Virus record (IMG/VR): IMGVR_UViG_3300009374_000001
Location: 11,248 to 75,247 of that record
Source of the DNA: a virus
Length of the DNA: 64,000 nucleotides
Reading direction: 5' to 3' (one strand)
Every line of letters starts with the position of its first letter. Positions within the stretch are counted from its first letter, which is position 1. A program made the position numbers and the translations under genes. The notes beneath the pieces are model-generated. The model was not told the DNA's origin and searched no databases. It saw nothing but the letters and a program-made list of their open reading frames with translations. Of this stretch, positions 1 through 9,910 are shown one piece after another.

Positions 1-2
1 GT

Positions 3-1037
3 GATGAACACTTAAAATTAATTTATGATTCACTAGATTCATTTTATATACCAAAGGGTGGAGATATGATAAACACCCGAGTAATTGGAAAAACAAAAAC
101 AGATATAATTGTTGAAATGAATGGTAAGCAGTCAGCGTATATGTCTTTAAAAAAAGAACCTACACGCTTAACTGAGAAGATAGAAATAGGAGATATGGTT
201 GATGTAATGGTCTTAGAAGCTGACAGCAAGAGTGCTACTAAAAAAGAAAGCGAGCCTATTGAAGTTTCAATGGAACTAGCAGAACTCCAAACCACATATA
301 ATAATATGAGAACTGCAATTTCTGAAGAAGATAATACTGCATATCTTGGCACGATAAAAGATATGATTGATAACGGTGGCTATATAATTAACGTAGCAGG
401 GGTTGATTGTTTTATGCCAGGTTCTCATGCAGGAATTAATAAACTTTATGATTTTGCAAGTATCATTGGTGATGAGGTTTATGTTATACCTATCAATTAC
501 GTAAGAAGTAGAGATATGATAGTTGTATCGCATAAAAAATTCTTAGAATTGCAAAAACCATTAGCACTAGAAACTCTTAGAGATAATATGAGTGAACAAA
601 AAACGGGCTCAGTCACAGGTACTACTAAATTCGGAATTTTTTGTGAATTTGATGACTGTTTAACTGGGATGATTCATAAGAGTGAATTTACAGATGAGCT
701 TAGAGAAAGACATAGCAATAGTCTAGTTAAACCAGGTGAAAGCATAGATTTCTATATTAAAGAGATTATATCTGAAAAGAAGATTATACTGAGTTTAGAA
801 AAATATGAAAACCCATGGGATAACATAGAAGAAAAATACCCAATCACTAGTAACGTAGAAGTGACAGTTACTTCTATTAAAAATTATGGTGCCTTTATTA
901 AATTCGAAGAAGGGGTCTTTGGTCTGGTACCCATTAAAGAACTAACTAGTAAAAAAGTCAACGAAGGTGATAAAATAGAAGTTACTATTACTGGCATTGA
1001 TAAAGGATCTAAGAAGATTTTTACAACTTTTCGATAA
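3..1037 (+). CDS. Ribosomal protein S1-like, multi-S1-domain RNA-binding protein (5' end probably outside the window)
   Basis: Repeated S1 motifs (GGYIINVAGVDCFMPGS, TTKFGIFCEFDDCLTGMIHKSE, IKNYGAFIKFEEGVFGLVP). Frame is open from position 3 (DEHLKLIYDSLDSFYIPKGGD) upstream of the ATG at 66. Confidence 0.85.
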   Translation, partial: DEHLKLIYDSLDSFYIPKGGDMINTRVIGKTKTDIIVEMNGKQSAYMSLKKEPTRLTEKIEIGDMVDVMVLEADSKSATKKESEPIEVSMELAELQTTYNNMRTAISEEDNTAYLGTIKDMIDNGGYIINVAGVDCFMPGSHAGINKLYDFASIIGDEVYVIPINYVRSRDMIVVSHKKFLELQKPLALETLRDNMSEQKTGSVTGTTKFGIFCEFDDCLTGMIHKSEFTDELRERHSNSLVKPGESIDFYIKEIISEKKIILSLEKYENPWDNIEEKYPITSNVEVTVTSIKNYGAFIKFEEGVFGLVPIKELTSKKVNEGDKIEVTITGIDKGSKKIFTTFR

Positions 1038-1065
1038 GCTATTGCACTTATATTGTTAAGATTGT

Positions 1066-1076
1066 AATATATAATA
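1066..1076 (+). promoter_or_regulatory. Candidate late promoter RATATATAAT
   Basis: AATATATAATA in the intergenic gap; the same motif recurs before virion genes. Confidence 0.45.
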
Positions 1077-1094
1077 TAAATATAATGCACATGA

Positions 1095-2384
1095 ATGACA
1101 ACAGAAAGTACACTTAATGAAGTTTTAATTAATTCACTAGTTGGATTTGAATTTGAATTTTATTATGATAAAAAGTCAGAAGAAGCTAGTAGAGAACTTC
1201 AAAAATATCTTAATAAAGATGTTATTGTAATTGATAAAGTTCATAGTAAGCTTGAGCCAACTGATAAAGTCTTTAAGCTTGAGCCAGATTATTCAGGTGG
1301 CAAAGATTTAAAAGAATTAATTACAGGTCCTTTAAAATATAATGAAGCTAGATTATTGCTTATATCAATGCTTAAGTGGATTGATAAAAATGCATATACC
1401 ACAGATAAATGTTCGATTCATTTAAACATATCATTTAATTCAAGATTTGCAAATGTCTATAGGTTAAATGTATTAAAGTTTATTTTAGACTTTGATGAAG
1501 ATAAAGTCTATAGCATGTTTCCGCATAGACAAAATTCTGTTTATGCAAAGTCTATCAAATATGTTGTCCCAAGACATATAGATTCTCAACCTAGTACATC
1601 TGAAGTTTCAATTACTAATTACGTATACCCTATCGAAAAATACTATGGTATAAACTTTAGTAAAATAGCAAAGAATTATATTGAATTCAGGTATATTGGT
1701 GGGAAAGATTATCAAAAACAAGTTAATGATATATTAAGCCTGTTAGAGTATTTTATAGAGTTTTTATATAGTAACGTTTCAGATACTGAATTTACAGCAT
1801 TACATAAAATTAAACTTGATAAATTAATTAATGATAATAAAAAGATACACGAATCATTTAAGAGTGTAGATTATTTTATTAAGCATTTTCCAGATATACA
1901 ATTTACAGTTGATTTAAAAGATGATATTGAGATACTTAAACTTTATTGGAATAAAATAAGAGTTCAAATAATTGATTTATTAGTTATTGGTTCTTTTTCA
2001 AAGGGTCTAATAAATTATGATTCAGATACTGGGCGCTTACAAGTAAAAGATGCTAAATTAGAAAGAATATATAATATAGAAAAACTAGATTTAATAAGTT
2101 GTAAGCTTTCTGGTAATATTAAAAAAGCAGATATATTTAAATCAGATATATCAAGTTCAATATTAGAAGACTGCAACTTATTTGATCACTGTAAATGTAA
2201 AGAAAGTAAATTGAAAAATTCATATATAAATAGAACATCAGAATTAAATGACTGTTATATATTTGGACCATTATCAATCATGAATGGAACTATGAATGGC
2301 GGCATTTTTAGAGAAGGTAAAATAACAGGTATCTCTAAATTAAATAATGTCAAAGAAATTGATGTAAAACAAATTGAAGGATAA
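1095..2384 (+). CDS. Putative amidoligase (COOH-NH2 ligase, glutamine-synthetase-like fold) with C-terminal repeat/beta-helix-like tail
   Basis: Motifs VGFEFEF, ELITGPL, CSIHLNISF, KYYGIN and YIEFR in the order typical of phage amidoligases. Confidence 0.7.
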   Translation: MTTESTLNEVLINSLVGFEFEFYYDKKSEEASRELQKYLNKDVIVIDKVHSKLEPTDKVFKLEPDYSGGKDLKELITGPLKYNEARLLLISMLKWIDKNAYTTDKCSIHLNISFNSRFANVYRLNVLKFILDFDEDKVYSMFPHRQNSVYAKSIKYVVPRHIDSQPSTSEVSITNYVYPIEKYYGINFSKIAKNYIEFRYIGGKDYQKQVNDILSLLEYFIEFLYSNVSDTEFTALHKIKLDKLINDNKKIHESFKSVDYFIKHFPDIQFTVDLKDDIEILKLYWNKIRVQIIDLLVIGSFSKGLINYDSDTGRLQVKDAKLERIYNIEKLDLISCKLSGNIKKADIFKSDISSSILEDCNLFDHCKCKESKLKNSYINRTSELNDCYIFGPLSIMNGTMNGGIFREGKITGISKLNNVKEIDVKQIEG

Positions 2385-3238
2385 TGGGAGACTCAGATAT
2401 TAGAGTAGGCACAGAAAGCTGGGAAGATTCAAATGATAAATCTAATGATTTAAACAATAGCATTGGTAGTGCTTTAGATTTATTTATGAATGAAATTACT
2501 CAAGAAGTAACAGGCGGCGGGATGATCCCAATGAATTTGCCTAAGAAAGAAGTATATAGAATAATACAAGAAGCAAAGAAATGGTTCTATAAGAATTATG
2601 AATATTCAGTAGCAGAGAACTTTTATATCATACCAAATGCAGAATTTGAAACAGATACATTTAATGCTAAACGAGCGTTTAAGCTCCCATCAGCAAGAGA
2701 AGATGGCAGCGGAAATATCGTTTCTGTGCATGGGTGCAACTTAACTACTCCCAATGCTGGAGAATTCAGCACAGGGAGCTTAGGGTCTGACTTTGCAGTT
2801 GATAAGCTTATATTTCAAGGCATGATGAGGGGAGGAGAAGCTGCAGCAGGAGAAACTCTATTACAGTATGTAGTTAGAGAAAAATATATAGATATGATGA
2901 ATAGCATATTTATTAATCCGATTAGTTTCAGTTATAATCCTAATAGTCATATATTGAAAATACTAGGAGAAACTCCAGACGGGGACAAGCATCTGGTGCT
3001 TGAAGTATATGAGAGCATACCAGATGAAGATTTATTCATTGATGAAATTTTTATACGATATACTACAGCAAAAGTTAAAAAGCAATTAGGTATAATGCTA
3101 ACAACTTTTGAGTACAATCTACCGGGTGACATAACTATTAACGGTGATGCTATTAAGGATAGCGCAGAAGCTGAGCTCGAAGCTATTATTGAAGAAATAA
3201 AGGGCGATGAGGGCATTGACTATTTTCTTACCAGCTAA
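2384..3238 (+). CDS. Neck protein, T4 gp13-like
   Basis: C-terminal YTTAKVKKQLG...YNLPGDITINGDAIKDSAEAELE matches the gp13 pattern; lies at the start of the structural block. Confidence 0.7.
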   Translation: MGDSDIRVGTESWEDSNDKSNDLNNSIGSALDLFMNEITQEVTGGGMIPMNLPKKEVYRIIQEAKKWFYKNYEYSVAENFYIIPNAEFETDTFNAKRAFKLPSAREDGSGNIVSVHGCNLTTPNAGEFSTGSLGSDFAVDKLIFQGMMRGGEAAAGETLLQYVVREKYIDMMNSIFINPISFSYNPNSHILKILGETPDGDKHLVLEVYESIPDEDLFIDEIFIRYTTAKVKKQLGIMLTTFEYNLPGDITINGDAIKDSAEAELEAIIEEIKGDEGIDYFLTS

Positions 3239-3249
3239 TATAATATTAA

Positions 3250-3260
3250 AATATATAATA
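3250..3260 (+). promoter_or_regulatory. Candidate late promoter RATATATAAT
   Basis: AATATATAATA just upstream of the gp25-like gene. Confidence 0.4.
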
Positions 3261-3262
3261 TA

Positions 3263-3619
3263 ATGGACATTTATATTAAAAACTCAGGTGACCCGAACTT
3301 TAACCCTAGAGCATTAGAATCACAGGATGATATAGATATATTGATTGAACAAATTAATATGTTACTTTATACTGAAAAAACTGAGGTTTTAGGCGAGCAT
3401 CAGATGGGTTCTGGGTTAGAAGGGCTAATATACGAATTTAATCTAACAGCAGGGCAAATAGAACGAACGCTTGAAGAGCAAATTGAGAAATATATTCCAA
3501 TGTCAAGTAATTATAACATTGAAGTAAAGTGCCAATTTTATAAAGGCACGGTGCGAGATATTGCAACACTTGATGTTCTTATAAATAGTACGCCAGTAAC
3601 AGGAGTAACCATAAATTAA
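3263..3619 (+). CDS. Baseplate wedge subunit, gp25-like
   Basis: 118 aa; INMLLYTEKTEVLG..MGSGLEGLIYE...IEKYIP pattern; directly before a gp6-like gene. Confidence 0.7.
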   Translation: MDIYIKNSGDPNFNPRALESQDDIDILIEQINMLLYTEKTEVLGEHQMGSGLEGLIYEFNLTAGQIERTLEEQIEKYIPMSSNYNIEVKCQFYKGTVRDIATLDVLINSTPVTGVTIN

Positions 3620-3629
3620 AGAAATTTAG

Positions 3630-5360
3630 ATGATTAGTAACAAGAAAGATTTAAGATTTATAAGCAGAACTAGAGTTTCAGCTAATGACATGTTTAATGA
3701 CGCAAAAGCATATTTAATTAGTACTTACAATAAAGCAAGCACAGTATTTACATCAGCTAGCCCATTTGCACAGATATTAAAAGTAATGTCAGAATTGACA
3801 GAACTTATATTGTATTATATAGAAGATGCTACGGTTGAACAGAATATTGCAACAGCAACAAACAAATCAAGCATTTACGGTTTAGCAAGACTTACTGGCC
3901 ATAATCCTACTAGAGGGATAAGTGCAATTGGTGAAATCAAAATTCGCTACATGCCAGAAGTTAAGTTAGATGATATAGCTGGAGATTATATTTTTATACC
4001 AAATAGAGCAAAACTTAAATTAGCAACTAATGGCTTAATTTATTCTATTTCTGATAATCTTGATTATATTAAAATGGATAAGACCAAGCTTAACAGGTTT
4101 GTAAGCGTAAAAATTACCCAAGGGATTTTTGATAAACAAACAGTTACTGGTACTGGTAAATCAATGCAAAGTTTTAACATCGATACGCAAGGTAGAACAG
4201 ATCATCACGAAGTAACAGTTACAGTAAATGGAAAGATATGGCCAAATTTCGATTCATTATATGATATGAGAAGAAATACAGAAGGTTGCTTAATTAAAAC
4301 TGGCATTTCAGGCGGAATTGACATATTCTTTGGAAATAATCATTTCGGGAAAATCCCAGATCTCGGGTCTGTTATTGACGTAGAGTACATTAACACTGAC
4401 GGGAGCAGAGGAAATGTCGCAGACTCAGCAGACGTATTCTATATGTTTGAAGATGAAGGCTTTGATTCTTTAGGGGCGCCGGTGGACTTAAACGAGTTTC
4501 TTGTGATAGAAACTAAAATTTCACCTAAAATGGGAGCAAATTCTGAAGATACAAACTTTACAAAAGTTATAGCCCCATACGCAAGTCGTAATTTTACACT
4601 ATCACACCCTAGAGACTTTGAATACTTTTTGTCTAGATATGATTCATTCTCTCACATTGAAGCATATAATACGGCTGGAGATGACAACTTAGAAGATGAT
4701 AACATCATTTATTTAAATATTTTGCCAGATGTTGCTAAGAAAATATATGGGACTTACGACTATTTTCAATTTCCAGAAGAGGAGTTTACATTAAGCCCCT
4801 CAGAAATGCTAATGCTTAAGACAGCATTAAACAAATCAGGTCAGCTTATGATTGGGTCGGAGGTTCAGTTTATAGACCAGCATGTTACAAGATATGCAGT
4901 GGAATTGCACATTAGATACTGGAATAATACAGACCCAGAAAACATATATTATGATATTAGAAAAAGTTTAAGTGAATATTTTTTAAATAATAAAAGAAAA
5001 GACAGAATACCAAGGTCTGATATAACAGGTATAGTTGAAGATATTGAAGGAGTTGACTCTTTAACAATTCAATATTATAGTCAAGATTATGAAGCACTTA
5101 AGCAAATACCTAATGCTAATTTAGAACAGCTGCGTAATAAGTACTTTGATAAGTTAGGAGATATTCGCGTTCAAGAAGGAAAATTTCCAATCATAAGAGG
5201 AGGGTGGGTTACAGCAGATGGTATTGAAGTTATAGATGAACCCTATTATATGATAGGTAACAGCGAATCTGAAGAAGGAAGTAAAATGTATAGTTTAAAG
5301 GTAGTTTTTGATGAAGCTTTAACTTATAAATCAAACATTAGAATTAAATCATCACAATGA
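3630..5360 (+). CDS. Baseplate wedge protein, gp6/baseplate-J-like
   Basis: NIATATNKSSIYGLARLTGHNP, FFGNNHFGKIP, YINTDGSRGN and APYASRN motifs typical of gp6. Confidence 0.8.
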   Translation: MISNKKDLRFISRTRVSANDMFNDAKAYLISTYNKASTVFTSASPFAQILKVMSELTELILYYIEDATVEQNIATATNKSSIYGLARLTGHNPTRGISAIGEIKIRYMPEVKLDDIAGDYIFIPNRAKLKLATNGLIYSISDNLDYIKMDKTKLNRFVSVKITQGIFDKQTVTGTGKSMQSFNIDTQGRTDHHEVTVTVNGKIWPNFDSLYDMRRNTEGCLIKTGISGGIDIFFGNNHFGKIPDLGSVIDVEYINTDGSRGNVADSADVFYMFEDEGFDSLGAPVDLNEFLVIETKISPKMGANSEDTNFTKVIAPYASRNFTLSHPRDFEYFLSRYDSFSHIEAYNTAGDDNLEDDNIIYLNILPDVAKKIYGTYDYFQFPEEEFTLSPSEMLMLKTALNKSGQLMIGSEVQFIDQHVTRYAVELHIRYWNNTDPENIYYDIRKSLSEYFLNNKRKDRIPRSDITGIVEDIEGVDSLTIQYYSQDYEALKQIPNANLEQLRNKYFDKLGDIRVQEGKFPIIRGGWVTADGIEVIDEPYYMIGNSESEEGSKMYSLKVVFDEALTYKSNIRIKSSQ

Positions 5361-5611
5361 GAAGAAAATACGTAAAGAAAAGTTTATATGACGAAGCATA
5401 CAATTCTGTGAATAGAGTGTATCGGACTAACTTCGGGTATCAAGGCCAGATTTTTGAAAAGACAATCTCAAATCACATCTTAAGAAATGAAAGAACTAGA
5501 CTGTTCTTAAATTATATTGAAAGTATTTTTATTAAGCTGATTGATAGTGCTAGACAGTTACAGCTTTGGAAAGTATATACAGTAAGTAAAAAATACGATA
5601 AGATTAGATAA
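5357..5611 (+). CDS. Hypothetical protein (baseplate region)
   Basis: 84-aa ORF translationally coupled on both sides. Confidence 0.5.
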   Translation: MRRKYVKKSLYDEAYNSVNRVYRTNFGYQGQIFEKTISNHILRNERTRLFLNYIESIFIKLIDSARQLQLWKVYTVSKKYDKIR

Positions 5612-7017
5612 TGTCAGTTTACAATAAATATAGACATTTATACTTTTTTGATAAAGAAGGCGAATCATTAAATCTCATTTTTGATGTAGAAAACGATAGA
5701 TGGCGCGGGAAGTTGTATTTCCCTAAAGTATCTGTTAAGCTTTTTGAAAGCATTAATATGTTTATTACTGAAGAATTTTCAAACACTGATGGTAGACACG
5801 GGTTCCCAAAGATTGGTATACCTAATGCAGATTCGAAGAACTGGAATTTTGAGTGGGAAGACTCTAATACTGAAACTATTTCACTATACGGGTTTGAATT
5901 TGATGAAAAAGAGAATGCAAATCTAATTATATATGAAGATTTATCACTGACTTTAGATAACCATCCCACATCAAACCCAGTATTTAGCGACGACTATCAT
6001 AAAATAACAAGCGATATTGATAGAAGATGCATGCAAATAAACTTTGCATTTAGATCATTTGACGAAGACATATATGAAAGAAAGCTTTTTATAAAAGAAG
6101 AAGAAACTAATGATATTATAGCAGAGATAGATTTTTACGCAGAGTCTGAAGCAGAAGATGATAGATTAAATGTGCTATTAGATAACTTAGGTCATGATGT
6201 TAAAGAATCAGAATTTAAAGCACTTAGAGAAGCAGATATTAATGAAGACTTTATTGATTATGAATTACTTAATCAAAAGCGTAAAGAAATGCTACTAGAA
6301 GGACATAACATTTACCCTTACGTTGGAAGCTATAAGGCTTTAGTAAATGTTATTAAGTTTTTTGGTTATGATAATATTAAAGTAAGAGAATACTGGAGAT
6401 TGATAGGAAATCCGAACATAGAGTTTAAGGAAAACTCAGCCACAGATGACTGGGCCACTAAATATAAATCATTTGACGTTAATGCCATATTAGAAGACGG
6501 TGCAGATTTTTCAAAACCTAACATTAATTTGCCATCTAAAACATATAGAAAATCTAATAGGCTTTCACTAGTATTTCAAATTAATAAGCCAACCGGGAAG
6601 TATGATAAGTTTGATATTATGATGACAGAGGAGTTGCTGGAATATCCGATAGAAGAAGTGCTATTGAAACTTTTTGCTCTTAAAGAAATATTGCGTGATA
6701 AATATTTGCCATTAAATGCTAGGATTTGGGAAATAATTGGCGAAGCAGATTACTTTAATAAAGTAGAATTTAATGCATTTACTAATCAGCAAAGAATAGA
6801 TGAAGTAAGTACAGGTATAAAAGCAACAATGAAAGTAACTCAAGCTGGTAGATTTATAAAAGATTTAAGAGGTCTCGGATCTGAGTTTATGTATGCATTT
6901 ACTGAAAAAGAAGACTTTGAAGAAATAAACGACACAACGATGTCCATGTCCACAGATGATATAGCAGACTTTTATGTAGACCCTGGATATTATTATGCAG
7001 GATATACAGAAGATTAA
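5611..7017 (+). CDS. Putative baseplate/tail structural protein
   Basis: Long ORF after gp6; YVGSYKALVNVIKFFG resembles the gp7-like wedge motif. Confidence 0.5.
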   Translation: MSVYNKYRHLYFFDKEGESLNLIFDVENDRWRGKLYFPKVSVKLFESINMFITEEFSNTDGRHGFPKIGIPNADSKNWNFEWEDSNTETISLYGFEFDEKENANLIIYEDLSLTLDNHPTSNPVFSDDYHKITSDIDRRCMQINFAFRSFDEDIYERKLFIKEEETNDIIAEIDFYAESEAEDDRLNVLLDNLGHDVKESEFKALREADINEDFIDYELLNQKRKEMLLEGHNIYPYVGSYKALVNVIKFFGYDNIKVREYWRLIGNPNIEFKENSATDDWATKYKSFDVNAILEDGADFSKPNINLPSKTYRKSNRLSLVFQINKPTGKYDKFDIMMTEELLEYPIEEVLLKLFALKEILRDKYLPLNARIWEIIGEADYFNKVEFNAFTNQQRIDEVSTGIKATMKVTQAGRFIKDLRGLGSEFMYAFTEKEDFEEINDTTMSMSTDDIADFYVDPGYYYAGYTED

Positions 7018-7034
7018 ACAACAAAGATAAACAC

Positions 7035-8822
7035 ATGGGAGATATAGTACTGACAACAGCGGGTTTACCAATAAGCGAAGGCGGATACGCATTACTTCGT
7101 GAATTAGAAAATGGTGAACTTTATAACACAGAGACCAGTATGTCATATACTGTATCAGAAATAGCAGATGTTGTTTTAGGCTATTTTGATGCATACAATT
7201 TTGATAATTTTTCTCAATTACCAGATACTGAAGGAATACCTGCAGGCTCTCCTGTCGTGTTAGAGAATACCTCATTTCACTTAACTTGGGCCGAAGCATT
7301 GACCACTTGGGAAAATTTAGATACAAACGGATTAATAACATATTCTTTTACTATGGACAATTTACAGGTCGGAACAGTGTTTGGCATAGAGAATAAAGCA
7401 ACAGGTGAAAAAGCAGAAACCACAATGATTGATGGAGATTCTATTAAAAATATATTTGATAAAATTGTTGCAACAAATGCAAACTTTTTAAGTTCATTCA
7501 ATATTTCCTTTATGGATGAAAGCGGTGATGGAAATGATGATACGATGCTCTTAAAAAGAAATACTTCTGTGCATGCAGATATCGACTTAATAGCATATCC
7601 AAGGTATAAAGGAGAAGGGAGACCTGCTTTATTGTTAACAGTTGATTCTTCTACGAACATTAATACATGGGAAAGTATTGGGAATGGTAATTTTTATGAA
7701 GTAGAATGGTTTATTGAAAAAGAAAGCAATGAGTATGAAGATTTTTACTATGAATCTAGAGGGCTAATATCAACGCACAATAAACTTGCATTAATATTGC
7801 CATACCCAGGCAATTATAATGTAATTATGAAGTTGTATGACTCATTTAATAATGTTGTTTTAAATCACAATAAAGAAAGCATTACTGTACACCCATACGA
7901 AGCTGAAATAGCTGGAGTATATAAAACACTTGGAGATGAAGTTACATGGGAGAATGCAAAATATAGCTGGGAAGACTTTACATCAACATGGGAATTACCA
8001 TTTTTACCAAAAGATATGCCGAGAGAAGAACTTAAATACTTGTATGGAAGCTTAAGTAGAAGTGGCTTTCCTGCTAGTGATAACCTTGATATGGCAATGT
8101 CATTAAGATATATAGATGATAGCGATGATGGGTTTTCTACACTCCCTGGTCCTTATAGATGGGATAACTTAGAGGATGCAACATGGGAAGATACTAAGCA
8201 TATTTGGTGGGATGCAACTCTGTTAGGGATTAATACTCCAGCCTCTTTTAGAATTAACACTGTTAGTAATGGAGGTACTTTAAGTATTGTTCAGCAGTTA
8301 CCTATCCCAGATATTGGGACGATAGAATTTACGAGTAATATTCTTTCAGATGCAGTAAATCTATTAAATGCATCAACAGCACCAGTATTTAGTAAGTATG
8401 AGTATAAACTTATAATTGATACAGATACTGGCGTTGAATACTTTATACTTGCGATTGCTAAAGAGCTTGGGGAAAGCGGAGATTGGTATCATATAGAACC
8501 AAATAACATTGAGCTAAGTCATTTAAACTTACACAAAGATTTAGGTTATACGCAGAATAATTCAATTATATTTGAAGAACACCAAGAATTACCAAAGCTT
8601 ACCCATGTTGTATTTTCTGCTGACCATTCTAGAATACCTGGAAAGACGAAAGCTAAATGGACATTGAATTACAATGATAATATAAGCGAGGATATATATT
8701 CAAACAGTAAATACTTTTCTTATCTTTTTAAGAAAGCTGGTAATTATACATTATCTTTAGAATTAGAAGATTCAAATGGAAATGTATATAACAAAAATAA
8801 AAATATAATAACAATAAAATGA
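7035..8822 (+). CDS. Putative virion structural protein with PKD/Ig-like segments
   Basis: PGNYNVIMKLYD and AGNYTLSLELEDSNG PKD-like strands; Trp-rich TWE repeats. Confidence 0.5.
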   Translation: MGDIVLTTAGLPISEGGYALLRELENGELYNTETSMSYTVSEIADVVLGYFDAYNFDNFSQLPDTEGIPAGSPVVLENTSFHLTWAEALTTWENLDTNGLITYSFTMDNLQVGTVFGIENKATGEKAETTMIDGDSIKNIFDKIVATNANFLSSFNISFMDESGDGNDDTMLLKRNTSVHADIDLIAYPRYKGEGRPALLLTVDSSTNINTWESIGNGNFYEVEWFIEKESNEYEDFYYESRGLISTHNKLALILPYPGNYNVIMKLYDSFNNVVLNHNKESITVHPYEAEIAGVYKTLGDEVTWENAKYSWEDFTSTWELPFLPKDMPREELKYLYGSLSRSGFPASDNLDMAMSLRYIDDSDDGFSTLPGPYRWDNLEDATWEDTKHIWWDATLLGINTPASFRINTVSNGGTLSIVQQLPIPDIGTIEFTSNILSDAVNLLNASTAPVFSKYEYKLIIDTDTGVEYFILAIAKELGESGDWYHIEPNNIELSHLNLHKDLGYTQNNSIIFEEHQELPKLTHVVFSADHSRIPGKTKAKWTLNYNDNISEDIYSNSKYFSYLFKKAGNYTLSLELEDSNGNVYNKNKNIITIK

Positions 8823-9262
8823 AACTAACAGAAGCACAATTAAGAGAAACTATCCAAGAAGTTATTAAAGAAGATGGAATTAATGAAGCTAAAGGTGAAG
8901 AAGCTAAAGCAATCTACAAAGAGTTTACAGATCTTGTTAAAGAATATAGAAAAAAAATTAAAGCTAAGGTTCTTCAAACGGGGCGCGGGTCTCATAGCTT
9001 AAACTTTGGCATTGAATCATTTTCTCATCACATTTTACCACAAACCACTGTTTATTTTGTAGATGAAAGTATTTTTGGTGATGATTCTCACGAGATAGAA
9101 AAAGTAAGTTTTTCTTCAAGCAACATGGAAAGTAAAAAAGATTTAGACGTTTTCATTACATTACTAAAAGAAATTCAAAACAATTGGGAATTAATGGAAG
9201 AATATAAAGAAAAAGAAAAAGAGATTCAAGCAAGACTTGATGACCTACGTACAAAAAAATAA
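8819..9262 (+). CDS. Hypothetical protein with helical leader (candidate head-packaged protein)
   Basis: N-terminus MKLTEAQLRETIQEVIKEDGINE, a leader shared with five other ORFs. Confidence 0.6.
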   Translation: MKLTEAQLRETIQEVIKEDGINEAKGEEAKAIYKEFTDLVKEYRKKIKAKVLQTGRGSHSLNFGIESFSHHILPQTTVYFVDESIFGDDSHEIEKVSFSSSNMESKKDLDVFITLLKEIQNNWELMEEYKEKEKEIQARLDDLRTKK

Positions 9263-9270
9263 ATTAGACT

Positions 9271-9891
9271 ATGTCAATTACAACAAAAGAGCTATCAGCA
9301 ACAGCTTCATTATATCAGTCAAGATTTGATATTAACGAAAATTTTGCTATAGTAACAGATGCGATTAATGATGTACATGCGTATTTAGATGTAGATGCAC
9401 AGATTTTAGACGGCATGACGAATGTTAAGTCAAATGCACTTTCAATTGGAGATCAAGCAGATCCTTCATTTTCAGTGACATCAAGCTTAGCGTCATTTAC
9501 ATGTCCTATAACTTTTAATGATCTTGCAACATTTAATAAACCAGTTATTAGTCCATCATACGCAGATAAAACATTCGATGGCGGTTCTACATATACTTTA
9601 AGTGAAGTTTCAAGCGACCCAGATAACGTATATAAGCTTAAGGTTGCTAACGGAGACGGGAGCGACGTTAATGTAACTTTACCAGCTGGGGCAAACGGAC
9701 AAAAAGTTATGCTAATCTCAGAAGATTCATCAGATTTTACAGGTAAAGAAATGATTATAACATCAGATTCATTGTTATTGCCAGGTTCTAGTACTATGGT
9801 AAAATTTACAGGACAGAATCAAACTGCAACATTTATACAGGTAGATAACAACTGGTATTTGGAATCATCTTTTGGCATTACTGTAGCATAA
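9271..9891 (+). CDS. Putative virion structural protein
   Basis: SRFDINENF N-terminal motif and beta-rich C-terminus (VTLPAGANGQKVMLI...TATFIQVDNNWY). Confidence 0.5.
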   Translation: MSITTKELSATASLYQSRFDINENFAIVTDAINDVHAYLDVDAQILDGMTNVKSNALSIGDQADPSFSVTSSLASFTCPITFNDLATFNKPVISPSYADKTFDGGSTYTLSEVSSDPDNVYKLKVANGDGSDVNVTLPAGANGQKVMLISEDSSDFTGKEMIITSDSLLLPGSSTMVKFTGQNQTATFIQVDNNWYLESSFGITVA

Positions 9892-9910
9892 ATAAAAGAA
9901 AATAATAACA

